Source of the DNA: an uncultured Planctomycetota bacterium
GTDB lineage: Bacteria; Planctomycetota; Planctomycetia; Gemmatales; Gemmataceae
Length of the DNA stretch: 64,000 nucleotides
Reading direction: 5' to 3'
Assembly: GCA_963849325.1 (NCBI GenBank)
Contig: CAWKHF010000010.1
Span: forward strand, 96,001-160,000
Position numbers and translations under genes: made by a program. Below, piece after piece: positions 11,252 through 21,628 of the stretch; the first letter of the stretch is position 1; the number at the start of each line of letters is the position of its first letter. Below the pieces are notes generated by a model, which searched no databases, was not told the origin of the DNA, and saw only the letters and a list, made by a program, of their open reading frames with translations.

Positions 11252-11313
11252 TTGGTCCCTCATGGGGGGCACTTGCCGGTTGTCAACTACGGTGCGGAGT
11301 TGAGGAAAGCAAT

Positions 11314-12294
11314 ATGATTATCACGCGAAGCCCGCTGCGTATTTCCCTGGGCGGCGGAGGCACCGATTTACCCTCCTACTATGAGAAGCACACGGGTTTC
11401 CTGCTCGCGGCCGCGATCGATAAATACGTGTGTATCACGTTGCATCATACGTTCGCGCCGGAACTTATTATCAAGTATTCCAAACTCGAACGAGTCAACA
11501 GTGTCGAGGAAATCAACCATCCGATCGTCCGCGAGTCGCTGCGCCTGGTGGGGATCGACGGCGCCGGTCTGGAAATCACCAGCATGGCGGACATCCCGGC
11601 CGGCACCGGACTGGGTTCGTCGGGCAGTTTCACGACAGCGCTGCTCAAGGCCCTGCACGCACACAAGAAAAACCTGGTCCATCCGCGCGACTTGGCCGAG
11701 CAAGCCTGCCACATCGAAATCGAACGCCTCAAGGAACCAATCGGCAAGCAGGACCAATACATTGCCGCCTATGGCGGGCTGACGTGCTTCCAGTTCCTGC
11801 CCAACGGACAGGTCGAGGCGTGGCCCCTGCGCATCAGCTCCGAGACGCTGTACAACCTCGAAGACAACTTGCTCCTATTTTTCACCGGCTACAGCCGCTC
11901 GGCGTCGAGCATTCTCAAGGAGCAGGACGACAAGAGCAAAAAGCGCGACCAGGGCATGGTGGACAATTTGCACTTCGTCAAGGAACTGGGCTACCAGAGC
12001 AAGGAAGCGCTGGAGAACGGAGATTTGGTCCGCTTCGCCGAACTGATGAACGTGCATTGGGAGCACAAGAAGCAGCGCAGCGGCGGCATGAGTAATCCGG
12101 AGATCGATCAATGGTACGAGTTGGCCCGCGCCAACGGGGCGCTGGGCGGCAAGCTCATCGGCGCCGGCGGCGGCGGTTTTCTGATGTTCTACGCCGAGGA
12201 TAAGACGCGCCTGCGCCGCGCCATGGCGGAGACACGCTTGCGTGAGGTGCGTTTCCGCTTTGATTTCGAGGGGACCAAGTGCGTCGCCGCCTAA
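11314..12294 (+). CDS. hddA: GHMP kinase, D-glycero-alpha-D-manno-heptose-7-phosphate kinase-like
   Basis: PLRISLGGGGTD, PAGTGLGSSG, GKQDQY, GGKLIGAGGGG. Confidence 0.8.
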   Translation: MIITRSPLRISLGGGGTDLPSYYEKHTGFLLAAAIDKYVCITLHHTFAPELIIKYSKLERVNSVEEINHPIVRESLRLVGIDGAGLEITSMADIPAGTGLGSSGSFTTALLKALHAHKKNLVHPRDLAEQACHIEIERLKEPIGKQDQYIAAYGGLTCFQFLPNGQVEAWPLRISSETLYNLEDNLLLFFTGYSRSASSILKEQDDKSKKRDQGMVDNLHFVKELGYQSKEALENGDLVRFAELMNVHWEHKKQRSGGMSNPEIDQWYELARANGALGGKLIGAGGGGFLMFYAEDKTRLRRAMAETRLREVRFRFDFEGTKCVAA

Positions 12295-12298
12295 CGCC

Positions 12299-12579
12299 GG
12301 AAATCCGAAATCCGAAACTCGAAATCCGAAAGAAATCCAAAATATCAAATCCAAAATTCAAAACGAGGCGTGGGATGTTTTGAATTACGATATTCGAGTT
12401 TGAGTTTTCGTAACCGTTCACCCGACCTCCGGAAGTGCCATTATTGTCCAGGCATCGTAGCCATTTGTGGACAAAAGAGGCCAAAAATTCACTCTGCCTC
12501 AGCTGTCATGCACCGTCAAGTGTGTCGAATTCCGAGGTCGGGTGAACGGTTACGAGTTTTCTTTCGGATTTCGGATTTC
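12299..12579. repeat. 7-bp-periodic inverted repeat (AAATCCG units) interrupted by a MITE
   Basis: GAAATCCGAAATCCGAAACTCGAAATCCGAAAG ... CTTTCGGATTTCGGATTTC. Confidence 0.8.
12410..12553. mobile_element. 144-bp MITE with IS66-type ends
   Basis: 20-bp perfect TIR GTAACCGTTCACCCGACCTC/GAGGTCGGGTGAACGGTTAC; 8-bp direct repeat GAGTTTTC at 12402-12409 and 12554-12561; GTAA ends with 8-bp TSD are IS66 hallmarks. Confidence 0.85.
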
Positions 12580-12590
12580 AGGAGGCTCTA

Positions 12591-13303
12591 GTGGACATTG
12601 CGACGGTGCCGGCGGCGTTGCTTGCCGGCGGGTTGGCGACGCGGCTGCGGCCGATCACCGCGACGATTCCCAAGGCGATGGTCGAGGTCGCCGGCCGGCC
12701 GTTCATCGATCACCAGCTCGCCCTGCTGCGCCGCAACGGCATCCGCCGCGTCGTCCTTTGCCTGGGTTACCTCGGCGAGCAGATCGAGCAGTACCTCGGC
12801 GACGGCGGCGCGCTGGGCATGGAGCTGCGCTACGCCCACGACGGTGATCGACTGCTGGGGACCGGCGGCGCCCTCCGCCGCGCGCTGCCGCTGCTGGGGC
12901 CGGTGTTCTGGGTACTCTACGGCGACTCGTACATGGACATCGACTATCGAGCGGTACTGGCGCATTTTCGCGTCAGCGGGCGCGCGGCCTGATGACGGTG
13001 ATTCAAAATGAGAATCGCTGGGACAAGAGTAATGTCGTCTTCCGCGATGGCCGACTGTTGTGTTATAGCAAACGCGCGCCGACCCCCGAGATGAAGCACA
13101 TCGATTACGGCGCGACCTTGCTTCGCGGAGAAGTGCTGGCCTCCCTGCCGGCCGACCAACCGTCCGACCTGGCCGACCTTCTCAGCGACATGGCGGCTCG
13201 CGGCGAGTTGGCCGGGCATGAGGTGACGCAGCGCTTTTACGAAATCGGCTCGCCTCAAGGTCTGGAGGAGACGCACAGGTATCTCCAAGCTCGCAGCGCG
13301 TAA
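12591..13303 (+). CDS. sugar-phosphate nucleotidyltransferase, HddC-like (frameshift ~12985)
   Basis: LAGGLATRLRP, PKAMVEVAGRPF, LGTGGAL, YGDSY; continues in ORF 12992-13303 (FYEIGSPQGL). Confidence 0.8.
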
Positions 13304-13441
13304 CGGCAGGGATGCTTGACACCGGGTGGAGGCGCCCGGTACGGAACGGAAGGCACGCGGCACGGAACAGCCGAGACAGGCAGAGGGACCGGCTCCCGTC
13401 TACCTGCACGCGCGCCGTGCGCGACAGAGAGGCTTGGTCGC

Positions 13442-14050
13442 ATGTCTCATACGAACGATTACATCCACGACGCCACGCAAGTCCTCGCCCAACTCGACAC
13501 CCAGGTCATCGACCGCATGGTGGGCATGCTCGTCAAGCTGCGCGAACGCGGCGGACGATTGTTCGTCCTCGGCGTCGGCGGTTCGGCCGCCAACGCCTCG
13601 CACATGGTCAACGATTTCCGCAAGATCGCCCAGATCGAGACGTACGCGCCGACGGACAATGTGTCGGAGTTGACGGCGCGGACCAACGACGAGGGCTGGG
13701 AGTCGGTGTTTGTGCAATGGCTGGCCGGCAGCAAGTTGTGCGACCGCGACATGATCTTCATCCTCTCCGTCGGCGGCGGCGACCTGGAGCGCAACATCAG
13801 CCCCAATCTCGTCCGCGCCCTGGAATACGCCCAGGAAATCGGCGCGACCATCTGCGGCATTGTCGGCCGTAACGGCGGTTACACGGCCCGCGTCGCCGAC
13901 GCCTGCGTCATCGTGCCGACGGTCAACACGACGACGGTGACGCCGCACGCCGAGGCGTTCCAAGCCGTCATCTGGCACTTGATGGTCTCGCATCCGGCCC
14001 TACGCGCCGTCGAAATGAAGTGGGAATCCTCCGGCCGTCGAGCGGCGTGA
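13442..14050 (+). CDS. gmhA: SIS-domain phosphoheptose isomerase-like protein
   Basis: LGVGGSAANASHMVNDF, TARTNDEGWESVF. Confidence 0.7.
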   Translation: MSHTNDYIHDATQVLAQLDTQVIDRMVGMLVKLRERGGRLFVLGVGGSAANASHMVNDFRKIAQIETYAPTDNVSELTARTNDEGWESVFVQWLAGSKLCDRDMIFILSVGGGDLERNISPNLVRALEYAQEIGATICGIVGRNGGYTARVADACVIVPTVNTTTVTPHAEAFQAVIWHLMVSHPALRAVEMKWESSGRRAA

Positions 14051-14070
14051 GGTCGAGGCGAACAGTAGTC

Positions 14071-14640
14071 ATGGTGGATTCACGGCAAGCGGCGGTCTTT
14101 CTCGACCGCGATGGTGTGCTCAATCAGGTGTTCGTCCGCGAGGGGGTGACGCATCCGCCGGCCCACGTCGGCGAGTTCACACTCCTGCCGGGCGTGCCGG
14201 AGGCCGTGTGCCGCCTGCACGCGGCGGGGTTGCCGCTCGTGGTGGTCACCAATCAGCCGGACGTGGCTCGTGGGACGCAGACGCGCGAAGGAGTCGAGGC
14301 CATCCACAAGCGGCTGCGGGCTGAGTTGCCCCTGCTCGACGTGCTGGCCTGCTACCACGACAACGAAGACGACTGTGCGTGTCGCAAACCGCGGCCAGGC
14401 ATGTTGCTGGAGGCGGCGCGGCGCTGGCGACTCGACCTGGGCCGTAGTTTCCTCGTCGGCGATCGCTGGAGCGACGTCGCCGCCGGCGGAGCCGCCGGCT
14501 GCCGAACCGTCCTGGTCGAGACGCCCTACAGCGGGCGAGGGCGGTGCCAACCCGATCATTGTGTCCGCGACCTCGCCGAGGCGGCGGAATGGATTCTTAC
14601 CGTTATGAGAGGGGGAAAAGAGCATGAAGCTGTTTGTTGA
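14071..14640 (+). CDS. gmhB: HAD-IIIA heptose-bisphosphate phosphatase
   Basis: FLDRDGVLN, VTNQPD, CACRKPRPGML, VGDRWSD. Confidence 0.8.
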   Translation: MVDSRQAAVFLDRDGVLNQVFVREGVTHPPAHVGEFTLLPGVPEAVCRLHAAGLPLVVVTNQPDVARGTQTREGVEAIHKRLRAELPLLDVLACYHDNEDDCACRKPRPGMLLEAARRWRLDLGRSFLVGDRWSDVAAGGAAGCRTVLVETPYSGRGRCQPDHCVRDLAEAAEWILTVMRGGKEHEAVC

Positions 14641-15325
14641 CACGGCCAACCTGGAGGAGTTGGAGCAGTGCCTGAAGCGCGGCTTTCCCAGCGGCGTCAC
14701 CACCAACCCGTCGATCCTGTCCAAGGAGCAACGCCGCGACTTCCGCGAGCACATCAACGACATGATCGCCCTGCTGAAAAAGTATAACTGCGACATCCCG
14801 CTCAGCGTCGAGGTGTTCACGGCGAACCCCGAGGAGATGCTGCCGCAGGCCGAGGAGTTTCTCGGCCATTTCGGCCATTATCCGAACCTGAACATCAAGG
14901 TGCCGGTCGGCTGGAACGAGCTGGCGGTGATTGCCGAGCTGCGACGGCGCGGCATCCGCGTCAACTGCACCTGCTGCATGTCGTACAACCAGGCGATCAT
15001 GGCCGCCCGCGCCGGGGCCAACTACGTCAGCCTGTTCTGGGGCCGCATCCGCGACATCGGCTACGATGCCGGCTCGGTCGTGCGTCAGGTACACAACACG
15101 CTGCGCGAGTGGCACAGCGATTCGGAGATCATCGTCGGCAGTATCCGCCACATCGCCGACATCAACGAGGCGATGCAGGCCGGCGCCGACATCCTGACCG
15201 TGCCGCCCAAGTTCTTCCCGCAGATGTGCGGCCATCCCAAGACGGATGAGGCGGTCAAGCAGTTCGTGACCGAGTTCCAGAAGTGGCAGGGCGAGGCGCC
15301 GCGGCCGCTGGCGAAGAGCGCCTGA
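14624..15325 (+). CDS. transaldolase (short TalC/FSA fold)
   Basis: LFVDTAN, GVTTNPSI, SVEV, NIKVP, YVSLFWGRI. Confidence 0.85.
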   Translation: MKLFVDTANLEELEQCLKRGFPSGVTTNPSILSKEQRRDFREHINDMIALLKKYNCDIPLSVEVFTANPEEMLPQAEEFLGHFGHYPNLNIKVPVGWNELAVIAELRRRGIRVNCTCCMSYNQAIMAARAGANYVSLFWGRIRDIGYDAGSVVRQVHNTLREWHSDSEIIVGSIRHIADINEAMQAGADILTVPPKFFPQMCGHPKTDEAVKQFVTEFQKWQGEAPRPLAKSA

Positions 15326-15335
15326 GCGTCTCCAT

Positions 15336-15399
15336 GTTTAGCCGCGACGCGCAGCGGAGCGCGGGGATGGCCGCGCTCCGCTGCGCGTCGCGGCTAAAC
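15336..15399. repeat. REP-like palindrome family A, copy 1
   Basis: GTTTAGCCGCGACGCGCAGCGGAGCGCG / CGCGCTCCGCTGCGCGTCGCGGCTAAAC. Confidence 0.85.
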
Positions 15400-15440
15400 G
15401 AAGTTATTTCGATCCACCCCGGAACGAGAACGAGAACTTC

Positions 15441-16654
15441 ATGCGTGTGCTGGTGAACGGTCTGGCCGCGGCCGGGCCCAAGACGGGCATCGGCCACTAC
15501 ACGGCTCAATTGCTGCGCTGCCTGAGCGAGCAGGCGGAGCCGGAGGAGGTCCACTCCTTCCCCAGTCGCTGGCTGTGCCAGGCTCGCTCCTTGTGGCGCA
15601 GGTCCGCTCGCGCCTGGATCGCGGCAACAGCACCGCTCCGCTCCCCCAGACCAGGCACTCTTCGAGAAAACTCGGATGGCGCGGCCGGGCCATGCGCTCG
15701 CTGCGGTCCTCGGGACAATGGCTGCTGGCGCGGAATTTCCGCGCCGCTTACCAGCGCGGCGGATACGACCTCTACCACGAACCGAACTTCATCCCGCTGC
15801 CCAGCGATCTGCCCACCGTGGCCACGCTGCACGACCTCTCGGTACTGCTGCACCCCGAATGGCACCCCGCGGATCGTGTCGCTTATTTCGAGCGACGTTT
15901 TCGCCGCGGTCTCAAGCAGTGCGTTCACTTTCTGGCCATCTCCGAATCGGCCCGGCAAGAACTGATCCGTACCCTGAACCTGCGACCCGACCAGGTGACG
16001 CGCACCTACATGGGCATCCGTCCCGGTCTGGCCCCGATGCCGCAACCTCACGTCCAGCAGTCGTTGAGGCGGCTGGGACTGCCGCCCCGTTATCTGCTGT
16101 ACGTCGGCACGATCGAGCCGCGCAAGAATCTCCTGACCCTGCTGCGGGCTTACTGCGGACTGGACGAGCGGGTCCGTCGGGACTATCCGCTTGTGCTGGT
16201 GGGCGGCTGGGGCTGGAACTCCGCCGACGTGGCCGGTTTTCTCGATGCCAAGGGGAAGGCGTCGGGAGTGATGCACCTGGGCTACGTCGCGGATGGTCAT
16301 CTGCCGGCGTTGTACAACGGGGCTCGGGCGTTGGTATTTCCGTCGCTGTACGAGGGGTTCGGTCTGCCGCCGGCGGAAATGCTGGCCTGCGGCGGGGCCG
16401 TGCTGGCCTCCACCGCCGACGCCGTCGCCGAGACCGTCGGCCGACAGGCCCATCTCGTCCAACCGCTCGACATCGACGGTTGGCGTCAGGCCATGCTCCG
16501 TGTCGTCACCGACGACGATTGGTGGCTTCAGCTGCGCCGGGGCGCCGCCGAGGCGGCTCGTCCCTTCACCTGGGAACAGTGCGCCGCCGATACCCTCGCC
16601 GTCTACCGACGACTCGGCGGGGAGAAACAGATCACCGAGCCGCTTGCGGCTTGA
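15441..16654 (+). CDS. GT4 glycosyltransferase (frameshift ~15600)
   Basis: TGIGHYT, TLHDLS, VGTIEPRKN, PSLYEGFGLPPAE. Confidence 0.85.
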
Positions 16655-16769
16655 CGACCGGGGAGCTGTGGGGACAGCGGCCCGGAGGATGGCGGCGACA
16701 TACACGTCCTACGGAACACGGATCGATCATTTCCTTCAACGCTTCGTGAGCAGAGGGGAGGGGGATCCC

Positions 16770-17971
16770 ATGCGCGTTGTTGTCAATTACCTGCCCGCGC
16801 TGGAGACACGGACGGGCATCGGTCACTACACGGCGGAGTTGGTTCGCTGTCTGCGCCGGCAATCGGGCGAAGACGCGATCGACACCTTTCCCGGGCGCGT
16901 GGGCACAAGCTGCACGGCGCCTGGATGGGCGTCCGCCGCCAGCAACTCGCTTTCCCGGCCGGGCCGGTCACGAGTACGATCCCGCCGCGTCCGACGCTGC
17001 GCCGGCGTCTGTTCGGCTGTGTGCGCGCGTGCGGCCGGCTGGCCCGCGAGGTCGCCTTCCGGCAATTGTGCCGCTGGAAGGGGTATGACCTGTACCACGA
17101 ACCCAACTACATTCCCCTGCCCTGCGATTGCCCGACCGTGGTGACGCTGCACGACCTGTCCACCTTGCTGCACCCCGAATGGCACCCGGCCGAGCGCGTC
17201 GTCCAGTTCGAGCAGCGATTCCGCCGCAGCCTCGGCCAGTGCGTCCATTTTTTCACGGTCTCCGACTTCATCCGACGCCAGGTGATCGAGACGCTGGGTC
17301 TCTCGGCGCAGCAGGTGACGCGGACCTACAACGGCATTCGGCCAGCCTTTGTCCCGCTGCCGTCCCCCATCGTGGCCGAGGGGCTGCGGCGTCTGGATTT
17401 GCCGCCGCGTTACCTGCTCTTCGTCGGCACCATCGAGCCGCGCAAGAACCTTCTGACCCTGCTGCACGCCTATTGCAGTTTGCCCGAGGGCGTGCGAAAC
17501 GATTGGCCGCTCCTCCTGGTCGGCACCTGGGGCTGGAACGCCGGCGCCGTCGCCGACTTCCTGGAGAGCGGAGCACGGCAGCGCGGCGTGCTGTACCGGA
17601 ACTACGTTCCCGAGGACGATTTGCCGGCGTTGTACAACGGGGCTCGGGCGTTGGTGTTTCCGTCGCTGTACGAGGGGTTCGGTCTGCCGCCGGCGGAAAT
17701 GCTGGCCTGCGGCGGGGCCGTGCTGGCCTCCACCGCCGACGCCGTCGCCGAGACCGTCGGCCGTCAGGCCCATCTCGTCCAACCGCTCGATGCTGACGGC
17801 TGGCGTCAGGCCATGCTGCGTGTCGTCACGGATGAGGACTGGTGGCTTCAGCTGCGCCGCGGTGCTGTCGAGGCGGCTCGTCCCTTCACCTGGGAACAGT
17901 GCGCCGCCGATACCCTCGACGTCTACCGACGACTCGGCGGGAAAGAAGAATGTCTGGATCGGGCGGCGTGA
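16770..17971 (+). CDS. GT4 glycosyltransferase paralog (frameshift ~16900)
   Basis: Same motifs as the upstream paralog. Confidence 0.85.
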
Positions 17972-17995
17972 TATACAAGTCCGGTAAAGATGTAT

Positions 17996-18060
17996 GTTTA
18001 GCCGCGACGCGCAGCGGAGCGCGGGTCTGTCCCGCGCTCCGCTGCGCGTCGCGGCTAAAC
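17996..18060. repeat. REP-like palindrome family A, copy 2
   Basis: Arms identical to 15336-15399, different loop. Confidence 0.85.
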
Positions 18061-18073
18061 AGAGAGGATTCAC

Positions 18074-18451
18074 CTACGATGATATTTGCGGGGGTTGCTG
18101 CTGAAACAAGTTGTGATAGAGGCTGACCGGATCGAACCCGTTGGCCGTCAGCCCGGCCGCGAACAGCTGATTGAAGGTATTGATTGTCGTCGTCTGCTGG
18201 TCCGGGGTGGCCTGTTGCCACCAGGCATTCATGGTTGCGGGGAGCTGGCTGATGATGGTCTCCATCTGGGCGTTGAGAGGTGTCAAGACGCCTTGCAACG
18301 GTGCCGGCAGTTGGGCTTCCCAGATGGCCACCTGAACCATGCTGGTCTGGAGGCTGGATTGCAAGACGGCTACGTCGGCGTTGAAAATCGGCGTCAGGCC
18401 CGCGGCACTCGGCGCGATCCGTTCCTCCAACGACTCCAGCTCCAGTTTCAT
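18074..18451 (-). CDS. small Gln-rich protein with planctomycete LExLEER N-terminal motif
   Basis: RBS AGAAGGAG; starts MKLELESLEERIAPS. Confidence 0.6.
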   Translation of the reverse strand: MKLELESLEERIAPSAAGLTPIFNADVAVLQSSLQTSMVQVAIWEAQLPAPLQGVLTPLNAQMETIISQLPATMNAWWQQATPDQQTTTINTFNQLFAAGLTANGFDPVSLYHNLFQQQPPQISS

Positions 18452-18555
18452 ACTCCTTCTCTCCGTAAATAAATCGGCCCGCTGTGAGTCAAGGTGTCCT
18501 TGATTCACCGCGGGCCGGTGCGCTTGGCGATCGATCAGCGCAAGCGTCCGTTGAC

Positions 18556-19140
18556 TTACTCACTCCAGTAGGATGGGGCGGCCATGATCTGCGGCCGGGC
18601 CTGCATCGCCGCGGGAAGAACGACGCTCGGGACCGGGTAGCTGACCGACCGATAGGAGGCATTCTGGATCGGACGGTAGTTCGCCACCTGCGACGTCGCG
18701 CCGGCCGGCATTTGGCTGGGCAGGGGGGAAGGACTCATGATCGGGTTGGTGGGCGGCTGGGCGGCGTCACTCACGGGTGCGCCCTCGGTCGGCGGCAGCG
18801 AGCCGAGGCATCCGCCATCGCAGCCACCGGGCGGACAGCCCATGACGCCCATGTAATTCAGACCGCCGCCGCCTCCGGGGCACATGCCGCCGGCGCATGG
18901 ACCGCCGCCGCCGCCGCCGAAATTCGGGCCGCAACCGCTTCCGAACGGGCAGCAGCCGTCACAAAAGACCGTGCCGCAGCACACGGGACTGAAAGCGTTG
19001 TACTGGCGCACGCAGAACTTGGCGCCGCAGCCGCAACAGCCGCAGTGGGGGAACAGTCCGAAGGCGCCGGCGAACGACTCGGCCGCCGCGAATCCGGACA
19101 CGGCCAGGGCGAGCAGGGCGGAAGGAAGGAGTTTCTTCAT
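18556..19140 (-). CDS. secreted Cys/Gly/Pro-rich hypothetical protein ending PSYWSE
   Basis: Signal peptide MKKLLPSALLALAVSGFAAAESFA; CGCCGCG and VRQYNAFSPVCCG. Confidence 0.75.
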   Translation of the reverse strand: MKKLLPSALLALAVSGFAAAESFAGAFGLFPHCGCCGCGAKFCVRQYNAFSPVCCGTVFCDGCCPFGSGCGPNFGGGGGGPCAGGMCPGGGGGLNYMGVMGCPPGGCDGGCLGSLPPTEGAPVSDAAQPPTNPIMSPSPLPSQMPAGATSQVANYRPIQNASYRSVSYPVPSVVLPAAMQARPQIMAAPSYWSE

Positions 19141-19381
19141 GGTGGTGGGGATCTCGTGAGATTTCCACGGGAGGGGCCGGCCAACATCCTGATGGTCGGC
19201 ACCCGCCCTGATTCCGCCCAACTATACCCGCGCCGGCGACTCGGGAGCGGACAGGCAAGGCATTTTTGCCTCATCTCGACGGGGCATCACGCGGCAGGAT
19301 GAATAAAGGAGATGAGACCCACACAACGGCTCGGGTCGATCCGAAAACAGGGGTCCGGCCGGAGAAAACGCGCGGAAAAAC

Positions 19382-20410
19382 TCAAGTCGGCGGGGTCGGC
19401 GTCCAGGTGGGAGTCGCGTCGAGATTGAGGGGAGCCCAGTCCTGACGATGCCATTTTTCGACGGCGACGGCGGCCATCGCCGCGTTATCGGTACACAGGG
19501 ACAAGGGGGGAATGAACAGCTCGGCCCCTTCGTCCTTCGTCATCGTCTCCAGCGCCGTGCGCAAACCGCGATTGGCGGCGACACCTCCGCCGACGGCCAA
19601 TCGCCGCAGTCCGGTGCGGCGTAGCGCCTGCCGCGACTTGGCGACCAGGACATCGACGACGGCCTTCTGAAAGCTGGCCGCGAGATCGGCGCGCTGGGGA
19701 CCGGGCGGCGGCGGAGCCGGACGCGGCTGACTCTGCCCGGCCAGGGCGTAGAGTACGGCCGTCTTCAGGCCGCTGAAGCTGAAATCGAGCCGGTCCTCGT
19801 GCCAGAAGGAACGCGGCAGCGCGATGGCATTCGGATCGCCCTGCGCCGCCTCGCGCTCGACAGCGGGACCACCGGGAAAGCCGAGACCGAGCAGGCTGGC
19901 CACCTTGTCGAACGCCTCCCCGGCCGCGTCGTCCAGCGTGCCGCCGAGCATCTCGAAATGGAGGGCGGAGCGACAGTGGAACAGGATCGTGTGTCCGCCG
20001 CTGACGACGAGGCCGACGCACGGGAAGATGTCGCGGCCCGCCGCCAGGCGAGCGGCGTAAATGTGACTTTCGATGTGATTGACGCCGACCAGCGGCACCT
20101 CCAGCGCCACCGACAGCATCTTGGCCGCGCTGACGCCGACCAGCAGTGCGCCGACCAGTCCCGGCGTGTTGTGGACGGCGATGCAGCCGATGTCTTCCAG
20201 TCGCACTCCCGCCTGCTTCAGCGCCTCGTCGATGACGGGGAGCAGGCGTTGCAGGTGCGCGCGGGCGGCGACCTCCGGGACGACGCCGCCGAAGCGCGCG
20301 TGCAGATCGGTCTGCGAGGCGATGACGCTGGAGCGAATCACCGGCTCGTCGGTGAAGACGGCGGCCGCCGTTTCGTCGCAGGAGGTTTCGATCGCGAGGA
20401 AATACGTCAC
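19382..20410 (-). CDS. tsaD: tRNA N6-adenosine threonylcarbamoyltransferase
   Basis: [56 protein letters not shown]. Confidence 0.95.
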   Translation of the reverse strand: MTYFLAIETSCDETAAAVFTDEPVIRSSVIASQTDLHARFGGVVPEVAARAHLQRLLPVIDEALKQAGVRLEDIGCIAVHNTPGLVGALLVGVSAAKMLSVALEVPLVGVNHIESHIYAARLAAGRDIFPCVGLVVSGGHTILFHCRSALHFEMLGGTLDDAAGEAFDKVASLLGLGFPGGPAVEREAAQGDPNAIALPRSFWHEDRLDFSFSGLKTAVLYALAGQSQPRPAPPPPGPQRADLAASFQKAVVDVLVAKSRQALRRTGLRRLAVGGGVAANRGLRTALETMTKDEGAELFIPPLSLCTDNAAMAAVAVEKWHRQDWAPLNLDATPTWTPTPPT

Positions 20411-21282
20411 GACGCGCTTACACCTTCACCGTCGTCCGCTCCTTGACGGCCGCACCGTTGGTCTCGCTCCGTGTCACCGGCTCTTGCCAGCGGGCGCATT
20501 GCCGGAAGAAGGACAAGCGGGTTGTCATGGACCACCTTGCGGATGACCTCCTCGGCGTGGCCGCGGCGGCGCATCGCCAGGATGAACTCGGGCACCGCCA
20601 GCGGGTCCGACTTGCCCCAGTCGCCGGCCGAGTTGACCATGATGCGCTCGGTGCCGACCATCTCGATGATGTCCACCGCCCGTTCCGGCGTACACTTCGT
20701 CGTCGGATACAGCGTCATGCCGCACCAGAAGCCGCCGTCCAGCGCCAGCCGAACCGTGTGTTCCTCGACGTGATCGACGCACACCCGCGCCGGATCGACG
20801 CGGCGGTCGCCCTTGAGCATGTCGAGAATCATGCGCGTGCCCTTGTACTTGTCCTCCAGGTGCGGCGTGTGGATGAGGATCAATTCGTTGGTCTTCATCG
20901 CCAGATCGACGTGTTCCTGGAAGATGATGGCCTCGTTGCGCGTGTTCTTGTTCAGGCCGATCTCGCCGATGCCGAGCACGTTGGGCCGCTGGAGATATTC
21001 GGGGATCAGGGCGATGACCTCGCGCGACAGGGAGACGTTCTCGGCCTCCTTGGCGTTGATGCACAGCCAGCTGTAATGGCGGATGCCGAACTGCGCGGCG
21101 CGCTTCGGCTCGACCTCGACGAGGTGATGGAAGTAATCGCGGAAGCCCTCGGCCGAGCCGCGATCGAAGCCGGCCCAGAACGCCGGCTCCGACACGGCCA
21201 CGCAGCCGCACTGGGCCATGCGGTGGTAATCGTCCGTGACCCGCGAGATCATGTGGATGTGGGGGTCGATGTACGCCGGCAT
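20407..21282 (-). CDS. TatD-family amidohydrolase (EboB-like subgroup)
   Basis: [36 protein letters not shown]; possible frameshift near the C-terminus. Confidence 0.85.
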   Translation of the reverse strand: MPAYIDPHIHMISRVTDDYHRMAQCGCVAVSEPAFWAGFDRGSAEGFRDYFHHLVEVEPKRAAQFGIRHYSWLCINAKEAENVSLSREVIALIPEYLQRPNVLGIGEIGLNKNTRNEAIIFQEHVDLAMKTNELILIHTPHLEDKYKGTRMILDMLKGDRRVDPARVCVDHVEEHTVRLALDGGFWCGMTLYPTTKCTPERAVDIIEMVGTERIMVNSAGDWGKSDPLAVPEFILAMRRRGHAEEVIRKVVHDNPLVLLPAMRPLARAGDTERDQRCGRQGADDGEGVSAS

Positions 21283-21286
21283 CGAT

Positions 21287-21344
21287 TTAACTCCTTATGG
21301 AGAAACCACTTATGTTACGACCGTGGACCAATTGCGGGACCAAT
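21287..21344. other. putative att-like site (core plus GGACCAAT arm doublet), left
   Basis: TTAACTCCTT at 21287; GGACCAAT at 21325 and 21337. Confidence 0.4.
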
Positions 21345-21628
21345 TTGCCGCCACTATAGTCCATATCATATCAGGTTCGCCCCCGACCTGCACCAAGCCA
21401 GCCCTCGCTCTACCGCTTGCGCTTCGCCCGCTTCTCTGCCATTCTTCTTCCTGACTCCGGCACAGCGAGTACGTCCGGCACCTGGCCTACAGCCTCTTTG
21501 AGGACGGGGTCTTTCGGTCTGGGAATGAGAAAAAGCGACAAGAATCGAAATCCCCGCAAGCGGCGGCCGAAGAGAATCAAGAAGAAGAATCTGTTCGGCG
21601 TTGTCTCCTTTTGCGGGAGGGTCGATCG

